A stretch of 64,000 nucleotides of DNA from Mobula birostris. Lineage: Eukaryota. The DNA lies in the NCBI RefSeq assembly GCF_030028105.1, contig NW_027274405.1, forward strand, positions 1 to 64,000, in the 5' to 3' direction. Position 1 is the first letter of the stretch. Each line of letters starts with the position of its first letter. Under the pieces are notes generated by a model that saw only the letters and a list, made by a program, of their open reading frames with translations, was not told the origin of the DNA and did no database searches. This document shows positions 63,566 to 64,000 of this stretch, piece after piece. The translations under genes and the position numbers were made by a program.

Positions 63566-64000
63566 TTTTTGTGCGGCCGCTGTGGTCTTGCACTCCCAGG
63601 GTTGTCCGTCTGAGCAGAGAGTCCAGACACTGACCTTCACCACAACGCAGCGAATTACTCAGAGATCTCGACTGCCCCTTCTTTGACAAAACTATAAAAG
63701 TTTATTTACGTAACATATACACAAGGTACAGACATTCAATATTTATAAAACAATAAGCAACCTCAGATTAAAACATGGTTACTACCGTCTATAAAAACAG
63801 TCAATACCCCGGGGGCCCGCCGCTCCCGGACGTCCTCTCCTGTACCCTTAGCGACCGCGTCTCCCGGACAGCCGGGCACGAAAGTTTCCTCGGAAAAGGG
63901 GCAGACAGTCGTCCCGGGCGTCGCCGTCCACTTTCCGCCGCCTAGACACGTGAATGGCCATCCCGGGACCAAGCCCACCGGGAGATCCTCCTCACGACCC
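63566..64000 (-). mobile_element. Tx1-clade (L1-like) retrotransposon 3' end
   Basis: Frameshifted GREEDLxVGL / MAIHVSRRRKV..DCLPLFRGxxRARLS / AVAKGT..RER.AP..NHVLI*; AATAAA at 63701-63706 (-). Confidence 0.6.

Noticed and set aside
63588-63675. U1 snRNA-like words TTGCACTCC and CTCGACTGC next to the Tx1 end
   Set aside because: Their spacing and the intervening sequence do not match U1, and there is no 5' ATACTTACCTG or Sm site; likely chance.

Overview
Vertebrate genomic DNA, probably a cartilaginous fish (ray/shark; inferred from the CR1/Rex1/Penelope/Tx1 repeat mix, not proven). It contains four + strand multi-exon genes, which I rebuilt by hand from splice sites and reading phase. (1) The last 3 exons of PRODH2. 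(2) A complete 8-coding-exon ADP-ribosylarginine hydrolase (ADPRH/ARH1, 361 aa, catalytic motifs intact). (3) The 3' 10 exons of SEZ6L2 (Sushi2 to C-terminus), after a 500-N assembly gap. (4) The first 5 coding exons of a DOC2 gene, most likely DOC2A, with a GC-AG intron. An orphan CpG-rich promoter and first exon lie at ~28.9-29.25 kb, with no recognisable downstream exons before the gap. Introns hold nested CR1 LINEs, Rex1/Babar, HERO, Tx1, Tc1 and Penelope-like fragments, some carrying minimal hammerhead ribozyme motifs. The most striking unexplained pattern is a set of dispersed minisatellite families that repeatedly sit directly against splice sites, and in several cases supply the branch-point or acceptor sequence. 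Almost all ORFs in the supplied track are artefacts of repeats or low-complexity DNA. Family assignments come from recalled motifs, not database searches.
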